Assembly: GCF_018977255.1 (NCBI RefSeq)
Contig: NW_024704742.1
Location: forward strand, 96,846,001-96,910,000
Length of the DNA stretch: 64,000 nucleotides
Reading direction: 5' to 3'
DNA from: Callorhinchus milii
Lineage: Eukaryota
Of this stretch, positions 25,217 through 37,255 are shown piece after piece. Numbering within the stretch: the stretch's first letter is position 1; each line of letters begins with the position of its first letter. The translations under genes were made by a program, and so were the position numbers. The notes beneath the pieces are model-generated. The model searched no databases and was not told the origin of the DNA. It saw nothing but the letters and a program-made list of their open reading frames with translations.

Positions 25217-25494
25217 TTTATACAGCACCTAGTTGTGGACAGGGGGGAAAAAATTGTTGAAGAATTTAAAAAGAAAGAAAACAAAATGAAAAACAACTGA
25301 GAAAATTAAATATCCATTTTGTAGTTTCCTTTAAAGAGTGCTGTAATCCTCCACATCAATAACATTGCACAGTTCATCTTGACACGAGTAGATATGTTTC
25401 ACTAAGGAAAAATCATGTAATTAGCATTCACGTGATCACAAGTATACATGAAAGAAGTCCTTTGAACCAGTTAATCTCATACTTCTAAAACTTC

Positions 25495-26250
25495 AAAGAG
25501 TTGTCTGATACGTTAGCCACTAGCCGCATGTGGCTAATTGGGAATCCAGATGTTGCAAAATTGTATTTTTGAATAGTTAATAAAAAATGAGTAATTGGCA
25601 GACATTGGGCATGTGACGTCAATACTTATATTTGCACGGTGTACGCATGTGCACTTTGATATCTTTGTGCCTTTGTTGGTAAAATGGTAAAACAAAAAAC
25701 AGAGTGTGCAAATGTTTTTTGATCATTGCGTAAGCTTTTACTTCCTTGGTTACTGCTAAAAGGGTGTGTAACAAAGGTAACAAGGCCGGATCTGGCATGT
25801 CTCACAAGAGAAAAATAAAAGAGAAGACTTTCTCTGTCTAGCGCTGCTCTCCATTTAGAACATGTTTGGGCGCTGTTTGCTTTGGCCCATGATATGCCCT
25901 GTTGGAGCTGCTCATTGTTAGCTGAGTTTGCTTTCCTCTGTAGCCGTTATTCCAATTGGTCAAAATAACCCCAATTGACTGCTCCCCTCTTCAGACAATA
26001 TTGCTGCTGAAATCTGTTGTTTTCACCCTGGTTACAGATGAAGGGGAAAACAGCCTACCAATTTGGTGAAACAGAAAGACTACAAAGCTTTGCATGAACG
26101 GTGGTAGATGTTTATGAAGTAAGTATGCTAAGCAAATATAATGTAAACATACATGTATTGTGTGAGTGTACGGTTTTCTATTAAAATTAGTGCATGTGGC
26201 TAAAATGATGTTACCTGTGGCTTGTCAGCAATTTCTATTCGAAAACACTG
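25495..26250. mobile_element. hAT-Charlie-like non-autonomous DNA transposon (MER3/MER33-like ends)
   Basis: Left end ttgtctgatacgttagccactagccgcatgtggcta. Right end atgtggct...ctattcgaaaacactg followed by TTCTAGAA (NTCTAGAN-type target). Left TIR and TSD are degenerate. Confidence 0.5.
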
Positions 26251-26439
26251 TTCTAGAATACCCATAGCCTTCATTACAGCATGAATTTGTTTCTTAAACA
26301 AGACCAACATCCTAGCTTCCATCACCCTCCATTACAATTTTTAATTTTCCTCCATATAAAGAACTTCCAACTGCCTGTTAGGGTTAACCTTCACAACTCT
26401 GAAGATGTAACCTGGAAAACATAGCAGAGGAGTGGATTG

Positions 26440-26535
26440 CAAAGGACGGCACCTCCGACAGTGCCGCACTGGGGCTTGAACCCACAATCTTTGGACTTGG
26501 AGGCGAGATTGAAACCCTTGCACCAAGCTGACACA
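26440..26535 (-). mobile_element. Deu-SINE 5' fragment
   Basis: Reverse strand reads gattgtgggttcaagccccagtgcggcactgtcggaggtgccgtc. Confidence 0.65.
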
Positions 26536-26811
26536 GGGTGCGGTGTGCTGAGCTGACACAGGGTGCGGTGTGCTGAGCTGACACAGGGTGCGGTGTGCTG
26601 AGCTGACACAGGGTGCCGCGTGCTGAGCTGACACAGGGTGCCGCGTGCTGAGCTGACACAGGGTGCCGTGTGCTGAGCTGACACAGGGTGCTATGTGCTG
26701 AGCTGACACAGGGTGCTGTGTGCTGAGCTGACACAGGGTGCGGTGTGCTGAGCTGACACACGGTGCCACGTGCTGAGCTGACACAGGGTGCCGTGTGCTG
26801 AGCTGACACAC
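26526..26811. repeat. 25-bp minisatellite, about 11 copies
   Basis: Unit AGCTGACACAGGGTGCGGTGTGCTG with a variable centre. Confidence 0.95.
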
Positions 26812-27087
26812 TGAATCCCAGGGCATTTCCCTCTGAAGAAAACGTAAGCAATACTATTATAGAAGAGAGCGGTGGCGGCGGTGGGAAGGATTGGCGACGG
26901 TTACGCAGCCGCTGTGGATATTAACAACAACAACAAAATGACATTTAAACAGCGCCTTTCACGTCGGGAGGACGTCCACCACCAAACCCCATCCTCAACT
27001 CTCTCTCCCCCCTCCGCCCCCGCGCCCCACCCACCAACACCGAAATGACAGTCACCCCCTTAACCCCCGAGTAAAATAAACTCCTCC

Positions 27088-28202
27088 TTCCCTCCCCCCC
27101 AGTGTTGGGTTACAGTGCGGTCCCTCCCTCCCCCCCAGTGTTGGGTTACAGTGCGGGGCCCTCCCCCCCAGTGTTGGGTTACAGTGCGGGGCCCTCCCCC
27201 CCAGTGTTGGGTTACAGTGCGGGGCCCTCCCCCCCAGTGTTGGGTTACAGTGCGGGGCCCTCCCCCCAGTGTTGGGTTACAGTGCGGGGCCTCCCCCCCA
27301 GTGTTGGGTTACAGTGCGGGGCCCTCCCCCCCAGTGTTGGGTTACAGTGCGGTCCCCCCTCCCCCCCAGTGTTGGGTTACAGTGCGGGGCCCTCCCCCCC
27401 AGTGTTGGGTTACAGTGCGGTCCCTCCCCCCCAGTGTTGGGTTACAGTGTGGTCCCTCCCCCCCAGTGTTGGGTTACAGTGCGGTCTCCCCTCCCCCCCA
27501 GTGTTGGGTTACAGTGCGGTCCCCCCTCCCCCCCAGTGTTGGGTTACAGTGCGGTCCCCCCTCCCCCCCAGTGTTGGGTTACAGTGCGGGGCCCTCCCCC
27601 CCAGTGTTGGGTTACAGTGCGGGGCCCTCCCCCCCAGTGTTGGGTTACAGTGCGGGGCCCTCCCCCCCAGTGTTGGGTTACAGTGCGGGGCCCTCCCTTC
27701 CCCAGTGTTGGGCCCTCCCCCCCAGTGTTGGGCCCTCCCCCCCAGTGTTGGGCCCTCCCTCCCCCCCAGTGTTGGGTTACAGTGTGGGTCCCTCCCCCCC
27801 AGTGTTGGGTTACAGTGCGGGGCCCTCCCCCCCAGTGTTGGGCCCTCCCCCCCAGTGTTGGGCCCTCCCCCCCAGTGTTGGGCCCTCCCCCCCAGTGTTG
27901 GGCCCTCCCCCCCAGTGTTGGGCCCTCCCCCCCAGTGTTGGGCCCTCCCCCCCAGTGTTGGGCCCTCCCCCCCAGTGTTGGGCCCTCCCCCCCAGTGTTG
28001 GGCCCTCCCTCCCCCCAGTGTTGGGTTACAGTGCGGGGCCCTCCCCCCCAGTGCGGGGCCCTCCCCCCAGTGTTGGGCCCTCCCCCCAGTGTTGGGCCCT
28101 CCCCCCCAGTGCGGGGCCCTCCCCCCCAGTGTTGGGCCCTCCCCCCAGTGTTGGGCCCTCCCCCCCAGTGTTGGGCCCTCCCCCCCAGTGTTGGGCCCTC
28201 CC
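27088..28202. repeat. GC-rich compound minisatellite (33-bp and derived 20-bp units)
   Basis: CCCTCCCCCCCAGTGTTGGGTTACAGTGCGGGG repeats, switching to CCCTCCCCCCCAGTGTTGGG after about 27700. Confidence 0.95.
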
Positions 28203-28337
28203 TTCTCCAGTCCTTCTCAACAACAACAGATTGGATGTATATACCGCACCTTTCATGTCGGGAGGTTTTTGCAGGAATTATAATCTGATAACGTGATGAC
28301 GGCGAACGGTGGTTATTACGGAGAGGGACTGACTCAC

Positions 28338-28600
28338 TCGCTCCCGCTGTGAAGCCTCTGTGTCTCTCTCTGTGTCTCTCTCTCTCTCTCTCTCTCCCTC
28401 TCGGGCTCCGCGCGCTCCCCGTTTCCCTGGTTTCCAACGGTTCAAACCGCCCCTCAAAATGGCGGCGGGGGCGGCGGCGCGTGCGCAGTCCGTGCCGGAG
28501 GCCCAGGGCTCTCGGCCCAGTCCCCCAATGTGGGAGGGAAGTGGGCGATGCCCCGTAAGGAGCGGTTGGTTACCAATATGGCAGTATATTCCGCACAGAA
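28338..28600 (-). promoter_or_regulatory. CEP78 CpG-rich promoter and probable non-coding first exon
   Basis: CpG-dense segment. YY1-type GCCGCCATTTTG (28455-28466), NRF1-like GCGCGTGCGC near 28478, TTTGAA CHR-like hexamer (28441-28446, minus), donor CGA|GTGAGT at 28337. The ATG exon is preceded by an acceptor, so an upstream exon is expected. Confidence 0.65.
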
Positions 28601-30419
28601 ATCGTATCCTGTCCGGTTAATTGTAATGTCATTCAGTACAGAAGTACATTCCATCGAGGGAGTGTGTGTTGTCTCGTGTGGTTCAGTGTAATATAATAAT
28701 AATAATAATAATAATCCTTGCATTTGATATAGCGCTTTTCACGTCGGGAGGACATCCCAAAGCGCTTATATAATGTATAATATAATGCCATGTGTAAGTG
28801 CATGCAATATAGAAATTAGATATTGTCTTGAACTGTGTAGTTAATTATAATATTATTCAATCGAGAAGTGTATTCTCGGTAGAGATCGTATGCCGTCTTG
28901 TTAATTGTAATATAATTCAACATCGAAGTGCATTCAATATTGAAAGTGTACGTTGCCTTGAATGGAGTGGTTAATTACAATTTAATACCATATCGTAGCA
29001 ATATTCGATATGGAAATTGTATATTGTCGTGTGTGGCGTTGTTAATTGTTCCTGGATTTTTCATATTTTTTGAATATAGCTTCACTTCTTGCCTGGAAGA
29101 CAAAACATTCAGGAAGGGTAAATTCTCCCACAAAATATATAGTCATTTCACTTTACAGTATATTCTGTGAAGTGCTTTGAGACATCTCAATGACGCAATA
29201 AGTGAGGTATCATGTGCAAGAATTATTATTAATAAAAATGTGATCCAAAATAGAAAGATAAATTATATTGTATTGAGTGGTTAATTATAATATAATAGAA
29301 ACGTAAATTGTATTGTATCGAGTGGTTAATTAAATTAATACAATTTAATAATTCCTGCACCTGATGCTGTAGTTCCATGATAACCTTTTTTTATATTAAT
29401 GTGTCCTTATAACCTGCTCTATAACTATGTGTCCTTATTATAACCTCGAATAACAACTTGCCGTATAATAACACAAAACACGTAGTCACTCCACTATATA
29501 GTATATTCTATGAAGTGCTTTGAGACATCCTCCCTAGGTGAAAGATGCAATATCAAATGTAAGGATTATTATTTTTATTATTATTTATTATTACTACACA
29601 ACAAAATTATTATTGTAATTATTATTAAGCACTACAAGCCCATTCTATTTTTAATTCTCTCTCCTCTTTGCCCCAATGTCTTCACCAAATTTCCTCCAAA
29701 GCCTTCTCTTATCTCATTGTCACTTCTGGTTCTATCCTTAACCTTCAAGTACAAATGCATCAAACATCTCCGTTCGATCAGAGAAAGTGGTCCCAAGACT
29801 GGCAATACTCCAGGGATTCTCATTCCAATAAACACTGGCAATGAATGGTGGGGTGTGACTGAATGTACCTCAAATATCAACATGATGAAATTGCAAGCCA
29901 TACAGAGGTTTTGAGAAGCTTTCGTGCTCCAGTAAGGAGAGAGTGGCTTGCCTGTGGGTACAAACAGAGTGGGACAACCTCCCAATTTCTCTTTCAGGAT
30001 TTGCTACAACTTGAGGAAACAGTTGTACCAAATGAGCCAGAACTGAGAGCTAACAAAAACAATTAGGAGCAGGCAGTCTGGATGTTTTCCTCCCCCCTCT
30101 TCCCAGGTTAATTCTTGTATTTCACTCCCTCGTGACCTGTTATGGAAGATTAAAATTCGCAGTGAACCTGAGGTTCCTAGCTTTTGCAATGTGTAAATGA
30201 GCCAGCTTTATACCCTTCAAAGCATACCCCATATGATAAGAATAAAAACAAAAGTGAGAGAAGATTCAGAGAGAAATGGAGACATCAAATATTCCATTTT
30301 AAAAATATATTATTTCCTGATAATTACAATTATCGAAAAAATTGAAAAAGCATAAACACTGAGTTGTTTTTGTCTCCATTATTCTAATTTATTTCAGGAA
30401 ACATTGGAATGATGTACTT

Positions 30420-30562
30420 GTGAGGTGAGTGCTCTAACCGTAAGAGCACTCGCCTCACACATCAGAGATCTGGGTTCGACTCCCGGCAGTATAATCTGAA
30501 GCACTTTGAGATGTCCGGAAGACGTGAAAAGAAGTATATCAAATGCAAGGATTATTATTATA
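30420..30562 (+). mobile_element. Internally deleted tRNA-SINE with fold-back 5' end
   Basis: Head fragment joined directly to the tail; 16-bp inverted duplication at the 5' end. Confidence 0.7.
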
Positions 30563-30603
30563 TTATGTAACAAAATATATTATAAGTATATTATGTGCTA
30601 TTC

Positions 30604-30957
30604 GGAGTCCTATAGCTCAGTGGTTAGAGCACAAGTCTCGCAAGTGAGAGACCTGGGTCCGACTCCCGTCAGGGCGAAACTTTGGGCAAGTTTCCTTACT
30701 CTACACACACGGCCCTGTAAGTAGGAACCCACTTGTTAGTTTATTGGCGGATTGGTTTTCCACAGGTAATAATTCCTTCAAAGAAAATAATAATAAATTG
30801 GTCACTTCAATCCACGATTGTTTGTGGGAACCTGCTGTGCGCAACTGACCCCCGCGTTTCACCCACAATTCAGTTTACAGTATATTCTGCGACACGCTTT
30901 GAGACGTCTGGAAGACATGATGAGGTGTTGTATCAAATTCAAGGATTATTATTATTT
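30604..30957 (+). mobile_element. Full-length tRNA-derived SINE with L2-type tail
   Basis: GGAGTCCTATAGCTCAGTGGTTAGAGC...GGTCCGACTCC (A and B boxes), ending tcaaattcaaggattattattatt. Confidence 0.88.
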
Positions 30958-31494
30958 GGGTTTTAATGTTTGAGAATATTGTTCCTGGATTCTATTTTTT
31001 TCAATATCGCTTCACTTCTTGTCTAGAAGATAAATAATTTCAGTAAGGTTAAAAAAAAGTATTTGATCCTCCCAAAAGATGCTAAAAAAGAGCAAAGATT
31101 GTTACTGTAAAATAATAATCCTTGCATTTGATAGAGCATCTTATCACATTGAAACTTTTCAAACCATTTCAGAATGTTTTGTATAATGCAATGGCTGTGC
31201 GGTTGTAGGCAGTTAAGATGTTAAGCCAAAGTCATGTCTGCCTTTTTGAGTAGAAGAGTGAAGGGAGTTTCTCCCAGTGTTCTGGCAAACCATTCTCCTA
31301 AAAATGGTCATTCACTTCAGCATTGTTTATGGAACATTGCTCTGTGCAAATTGGCCATTGCATTCATTTACAAAACATACAGTCCTAACACTCTACAGAA
31401 AACCTCTGTGAAGTACTTTAAGATGTTTTGACTTGATATGTTTTATCAAAAGCAAGGATTAATTATTGTTCTCTGATTTGTAATATGAACACCA

Positions 31495-31508
31495 CCACAA
31501 GGTGGCAG
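31495..31508 (+). promoter_or_regulatory. CTCF-like motif
   Basis: CCACAAGGTGGCAG matches the CTCF core CCACNAGGTGGCAG. Motif match only. Confidence 0.4.
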
Positions 31509-31799
31509 GAACACAAGCAAAGAAAACTCCTGCAAACGGGACAGAGGCGGTTTTTCAACAATTACTATTTACCCCCAAAATCTCTTCTTTGAAATACACA
31601 TGCTTTTAAACGTTTAAAAAAAAACATGAAAATTGTTCATTAATGTAGATAATCATCCTTTTCAATTACCTGCAATTACCAGAAATGGACAATATACAGA
31701 TAAATTGAATACAGATTTGTATAAAATCTGAGAAATATATGCATGTGTATGAGAACACACAGGTCTGATCCTATGTGTCCAGGTTTTCATGATACCATT

Positions 31800-32460
31800 A
31801 GCAACAACAACAAACTGTATTTATTTAGGGCGTTTCACATCGGGTTGACAACTCAAGGCATGGGACAGTCAAGAGTTTGCATCTGAGCCTGGAATGGGAA
31901 TCGAGAGGAGTGAAGGCCAAGGGGGATAGGGGTGGGAGGCTAACCAAAGGTCAAAGAGGATTGTCTGGAGAATGTATGGGAATGAGGCAAGGGAGAGGGC
32001 GAGGCGAAGGGATTCCAGGGTGGAGTTCCAGAGGGTGGGGGCAGAAAGGCTGAAGGTTCAACCACTGATGGTGGGGCGGGCAGAGCGGGGCACATGGAGC
32101 AGGCCAGTACCCGCAGACTGGAGGGAGCAGGAAAGTTGGTAAGGTATTAGTGGGTCGAAGCGGTAGGTAGGGGCAAGAACTTGGAAGGTTTTGAAGTTGA
32201 GGACGAGGATCTTAAACTCAATCTTCTGGGGCATGGGGAGCCAGTGAAGCTGGACGAAAATTGGGGTGATCGGTTCACAGAACTTGGTGCTGGAAAGGAC
32301 ATGAGCTGTAGAGTTCTGAATAATCTGCAGGTTGTGGAGGGATGAATTGGGAAGTCCGGCGAGCAGAGATTTAGTATTGTCAAGCATGGACTTGATGAAA
32401 GCATGGATGAGGGTCTCGGTGGACTGCAGGGAGAAGTGGTGGCAGAGATGGGCAATGCTG
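31800..32460 (-). mobile_element. L2 3' fragment
   Basis: SLLAGLPNSSLHNLQIIQNS...LHWLPMPQKIEFKIL and a (TTG)n tail. Confidence 0.85.
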
Positions 32461-33554
32461 TGGAGGTGGGGGAAAGCAAAACGGGTAATGGCATAGGTGT
32501 GGAGATTTTAGGAGAGTTAAGCATGTCATACTAAGTAATTATCAAATCAGTATTTAATTTGTATTAAACATTAAATCAGAAAGCTAAATTTTAAGATAAT
32601 TACCTTGCATTTATTTTACCTTTTCAATTACTTGGTATGAAACAGCCATTCTTCTTCATTTAAACATCCTCCACACATTGTTTGGTACAAATACAAGTGA
32701 CTAATATTATTAAGATATGCAGAAATCATGAGTACAATGTTATTTTAAGTTATGACATCAGTGATGTCACCCATGTGATTTCTCTCCCTGCCAAAGTTAC
32801 TGGGAATTATGTAATTAGTTTTCTACCTGTTTTAAATTTGATTCTTGACATCAGTAGTACATTTTGGTTCATTGTTTCTATTTTATTAGCATCATACTTT
32901 TTGTGCTACTTTATGAATCTTCCATCACTGGAAAAAGGTTTTTCCTCAATCTTTTTCAAAACTGTATTCTGCCTCTTGATCTTCGATATCAACTGATCCA
33001 GTCATGTTGTCACATGCTAGCCTTAAGGATTTAGCCATCACATTTATGTCTATATTTGCTAACCAGGATAAATGCTTTCAATGCCTCTTAGAAAATGTGA
33101 CCTGAATTCATACATTTAGATCTGCTAGAGCCAGGCAAAACATCTTATCTATTTCATATTGCAATTAAACAAGAAATGTTATGCTTGAATTTCTAAACTG
33201 TCTTTTTATTTACAAACAAAGGCAGAAAATTGAATTAACAAAGAAACAATTGAAAAATACAGGATAGAAAATAAAATTGAAATTTTACAAGTGGCAAGGA
33301 GCCAGTCAGATCACAATTGAAGACACACAGGGAAAGAAACATTTGAGGTACATCTAATAATGCTGTTTCAAGAGTTACGTCTCCTTTACTAGAGAATTGA
33401 TTTTTTTGCCACACATTTATAATATCTTTCTCTCCCTAGTTGTGCTTTCTAATGTATTATATGTTAACTGTTTGTGAATGTGAAAATTAGCTATACATTG
33501 GGATGAAAGGCGCAATGTTCATAACAGATTCAGTATGCTAATTATCAGATTGGC

Positions 33555-34125
33555 TCTATCATGGTTCACTTGGTAGCACTCTTATCTCCGAGACAGAAGA
33601 TTGTGGGTTCAAGCTCTTTAGGACTTTTGAGTTCATATAATAATAAAAATAATAATCCTTGCATTTGATATAGCACTTTTCACGTCGGGAGGACGTCCCA
33701 AAGCGCTTCACAGAACACACTGTAAAGTGAATTGACTATATTTGTGGGCGAACGTGGCAGCCAATTGCGCACAGCAATGTCCCACAAACAGTCGTAGATT
33801 GAAGATGACCAATTTTATTATTGTTTTTGGTTTTGGAGGGATTATTATTAGGCGTGTGGAGTAAGGAAACTTGCCCAAGGTTTCGCCCTGCCTGGAATTG
33901 AACTCAGGTTTCTCACTTGCAAAGCGAGTGCTCTAACCACTGAGCTACAGGACTCCGATGTCTCTGATGACACTCCAATCCAGTGTATGGATTGTTAGAG
34001 GTGCCGTTCCTCACGTGAGATGTTTGACCAAGGTTCTGCCTGTCTGTTCAAGTAGAAATTGAAGATCACATGGCACTATTTAAAAGAAGAAGATAGTTTA
34101 TCGCAGTGTCCTGGCCCAACAGCCC
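33555..34125 (+). mobile_element. Deu-domain SINE interrupted by a younger SINE
   Basis: Head at 33555-33636; continuation after 33957 (gaggtgccgttcc...gaagatcacatggcactattt). Confidence 0.65.
33637..33956 (-). mobile_element. Young tRNA-SINE, full length
   Basis: Perfect GGAGTCCTGTAGCTCAGTGGTTAGAGCACTCGC head. Tail carries the exact L2 hairpin GGGACGTCCTCCCGACGTGAAA. Confidence 0.9.
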
Positions 34126-35409
34126 CCCAGGTAAAATTGGTCTGCACTAGAGTACCAGCTTAGACTCTGAGCTCAAAGACTGTAATTAGGGCTTGAATCC
34201 ACAATCTGTGACTCAGGTGAGCCAGGCTGACACCTAGAAAAGTACTTTGAGATATTTCAATGACATGATGAGGCACTATATCAAATGCAAAGATTATTAT
34301 TAAATATCATGTTTTTCATTCCATATTTTCCCACTTCTACTTTTCACAAACTGAGGAACATTCAATTATTGCTTCATTAATGGGAATGCACTATATCTTG
34401 AAGAGTCATTGTAAGACCTCTCCTGACAAATACTTATATCCCATGGAGAAGAATGTATATTTAAATAATCTATTTATGATTGTAGAAATAGACAGCTTTG
34501 GGTGGGTTCAGACTTGCAAGAAAACAGTTCTATAGCAAAACAAGCTGTACCATTTCTTCATCGTTCATATGATGACAATCGGTGCAGTACTCTGTATCTC
34601 GATTCTCACAGAGAATGTCATCTGTGAACAATGGATGATATATGTAGTGCATTAAGGAAGGTGAATACTGTACTCAGTTTGTTCCGGTCTCAAGGTCAAG
34701 AGAATCTTATAGAACAAGTGAAGGCTGCTTTTGCAATAAACTCTAGGACCCACTATAACGTCTGTAATTGGGTAAGTTTAATTTTGTGTTACTATCTGTT
34801 ATATTTGAGTAGTTACCAATATATGTATCCTTCATTATTATTATTTATTTTGTTTTCTGCACATAGTTATTTTGTTTTCTCCATACTCTTTTATCAACAT
34901 CTTCCCATCTACATTTAACTGCACTAATCCTTGATGTGTGTGATCCCCTTTTATACAGAGTTTTGCCCACAAATATACAGTCAATTCACTTTACAGCATA
35001 TTCTGTGAAGCACTTTGAGACGTCTAGAAGACGTGAAAAGCGCTATATCAAAAATGCTAGGATTATTATTATTACTATAGTTGTAAGCCATATTCAATGT
35101 ATGTACTAATTCCACAAAAATATCCGACTTTTTTTTAATGCAAATAGCCTATTTCAATGACTTCAAAATGCTTTTTCTTCAGTTGTCACTGGGTCAAAGC
35201 TTTATAGCTAAATAAATTAGTGAATAATTTAGCCTAATTTCTTGAAAAAAATGAACATTGTCTCAAACATCAAAATATCAACTGTAAATGATGGGTAAAT
35301 ACTGTACAATTACTGACTGATAGTTACTGATTCCTGATTTGGCCAACCCTCATTTTATTTTGGCTAAATAAAATAGCAGGTGTTAACCACAAAGCAAAAG
35401 CAATGCAAG

Positions 35410-35978
35410 TACCTCATTCAACAAGTGTATGGAGTATTAGTCAGACCCCATCTGGAGTACTGCTTTCAGTTTTGGGCACCACATCTCAGGAAAGACATAG
35501 TGGCTGTGGAGGGGGTGCAGCGCAGGTTCACCAGAATGTTATCAGACCTAAAAGGGTTCAGTTACGAGGAAAGGCTGTGTTAACTTGGATTGTATTCCCT
35601 TGAGTTTAGAAGGTTGAGGGGTGATTTGATTGAGGTATTTAAGATGATAAAATGATTTGCTAGGGTAGATACAGAAAAGCTATTTCCTCTGGTGGGGGAA
35701 TCCAAAACAAGGGGGAATAGTCTTAAAATTAGAACCAGGCTGTTTAAGAGTGAAATCAGGAAGCATTTTTGCAGTCAAAGGGTGGTAGAAATCTGGAATT
35801 CCCCCAAAAGGGTGAGGTTGATAGATTTTTGGTAGGTCAGGGTATTAAGGGATATGGGGAGAAAGTGGTAAATTGGAATTGAAAGGATTAGTTGAGGTAC
35901 AGATCAGCCATGATCTAATTAAATGGTAGAACAGTCTCAAAGGGCTGAATGGCCTCCTCCTGTTTCTATGTTCCTATG
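35410..35978 (+). mobile_element. CR1 LINE 3' end
   Basis: LVRPHLEYCFQFWAPHLRKDI...VQRRFTRM...SYEERL. Tail gggctgaatggcctcctcctgtttctatgttcctatg. Confidence 0.92.
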
Positions 35979-36354
35979 TAACATTCATGCAGACTATTCA
36001 CTGTAAACTACAAGAGTTACGTTATTTAGCAATTTCAGCAAGATAATTTGGGATTAGTGTAATTATTCAAATCCTGAAAGATCTGACAAATTAATTTTTT
36101 ATTCAAATGTAATGGGCAACATTTAAAGAAAAACACAAATGAATCTGAGCATCAACTTCAATTCTTATTAGAATTCTAGCTCTCTTTAGGATTCCTGAGA
36201 ATCATAGTGGATTGCTAAGAAAGAAATGGGTAGTATTTCAACCTGGCAGAAACAGGCATCTATTTGGATCCAGGTAGCAAAGTGTCTCAGGACTTGCTTA
36301 CTGATGGTGGGGCAGAGCAGATAAGGGCCATGCAGCAGGCCACAGTTGATCGCA

Positions 36355-36675
36355 AAGCAACAACAACAACTTGTATTTATATAACACCTTTCACGAGGGG
36401 TATCATCCCGGAACGCTTAACAGTGGTGGAGTCTGACAACCAAGGGGAGAGGTGACCGTAGGCACGATCAAAAAGAAAGGTATTTAGGCAGGATTTGAAG
36501 GTGAGGAGGGGACAAGGTGGAGGGATTAGAGAGTTCCAGAGCATTGAAGGTTATGCTTGAAGGCTTAGTTGAGGAAGGGCAGGAGGAGGCTCATGTGGAG
36601 CATAAACACCGGCATAGAGCAATTGGGCCAAATGGCCTGTTTCTGTGCTGTATATTCTAATGTATTCTAATGTAT
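36355..36675. mobile_element. L2 tail (minus) abutting a CR1-type tail (plus)
   Basis: caacaacaacttgtatttatataacacctttcacg..., then gaggctcatgtggagcataaacacc...ggcctgtttctgtgctgta(tattctaatg)2. Confidence 0.55.
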
Positions 36676-37029
36676 TTAACAACACGAGGCAGACAACTCA
36701 AATTAGAGAGAAACCACAAGTATACAGTTTATTAACCCAAAGGAGAGACCTCAGCAGCTTCCAGCGTCACTGGCAGAAACAGACAAGACTCATTACATCT
36801 AATAGATCCAGTGGATTGTAAGGCACCTGGTTTCACAGGCGATGTCTTATACCCCTTCTGTGCTTCACTTTCACTCATAGTTCCTACCCCATTCAGGTAC
36901 TCTCAGGTGCTGTACTGAATAGTCATGGTGCCTTCTCCACAACAGCCTGGCTATGCAGCTATGTTTCAGGCTTCCTTTGTTCACCGTGGCCCTACTGTCT
37001 TCATGCAATCCCAGAGCAAGAAAGCCTGA

Positions 37030-37255
37030 AAGAGAGTGAGAAGATAGTAGGTTTATAGGAGGGTGGCCGAATGCGTGGTCGAAGAGGAAGATCTTGAGAC
37101 ATGACTTGAAGGAGGCAAGGGAGGGAGCAAGACAAAGGGACTGTGGGATGAAGTTCCAAAGGGTGGGGGCAGAGGAACTGAAGGCCTGACCACCGATGGT
37201 GGGGCAGGCCAGGTGGGGGACGTGGAGCAGGCAGAGAGATCAGACAGGTGGTTAT
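37030..37255 (-). mobile_element. L2 3' fragment
   Basis: Homologous to the 3' region of the 14715 copy (aaggcctgaccaccgatggt...acgtggagcagg). Confidence 0.7.

Noticed and set aside
26341..26851. Repetitive Cys/His ORFs, and a CRISPR-like look of the array
   Set aside because: A 25-bp tandem repeat without unique spacers, in a vertebrate context with no cas genes.
27102..28437. Long Pro/Gly-rich ORFs (297-393 aa)
   Set aside because: Translations of the minisatellite, open in several frames on both strands.
29510..30189. Cluster of 60-134 aa ORFs
   Set aside because: No recognisable domain or consistent splice phase.
30604..30680. tRNA gene-like sequences (also near 7880, 33900 and 50703)
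   Set aside because: No complete acceptor stem; each continues into a shared SINE body and L2-type tail.
32950..33101. In-frame TGA followed by about 45 open codons on minus (selenocysteine or readthrough?)
   Set aside because: The exon itself is unproven, and I see no recognisable SECIS or homology; this is expected by chance.
34631..34772. Plus-strand ORF MDDICSALRKV... ending at a GTAAGT donor
   Set aside because: No recognisable family and no partner exons found.
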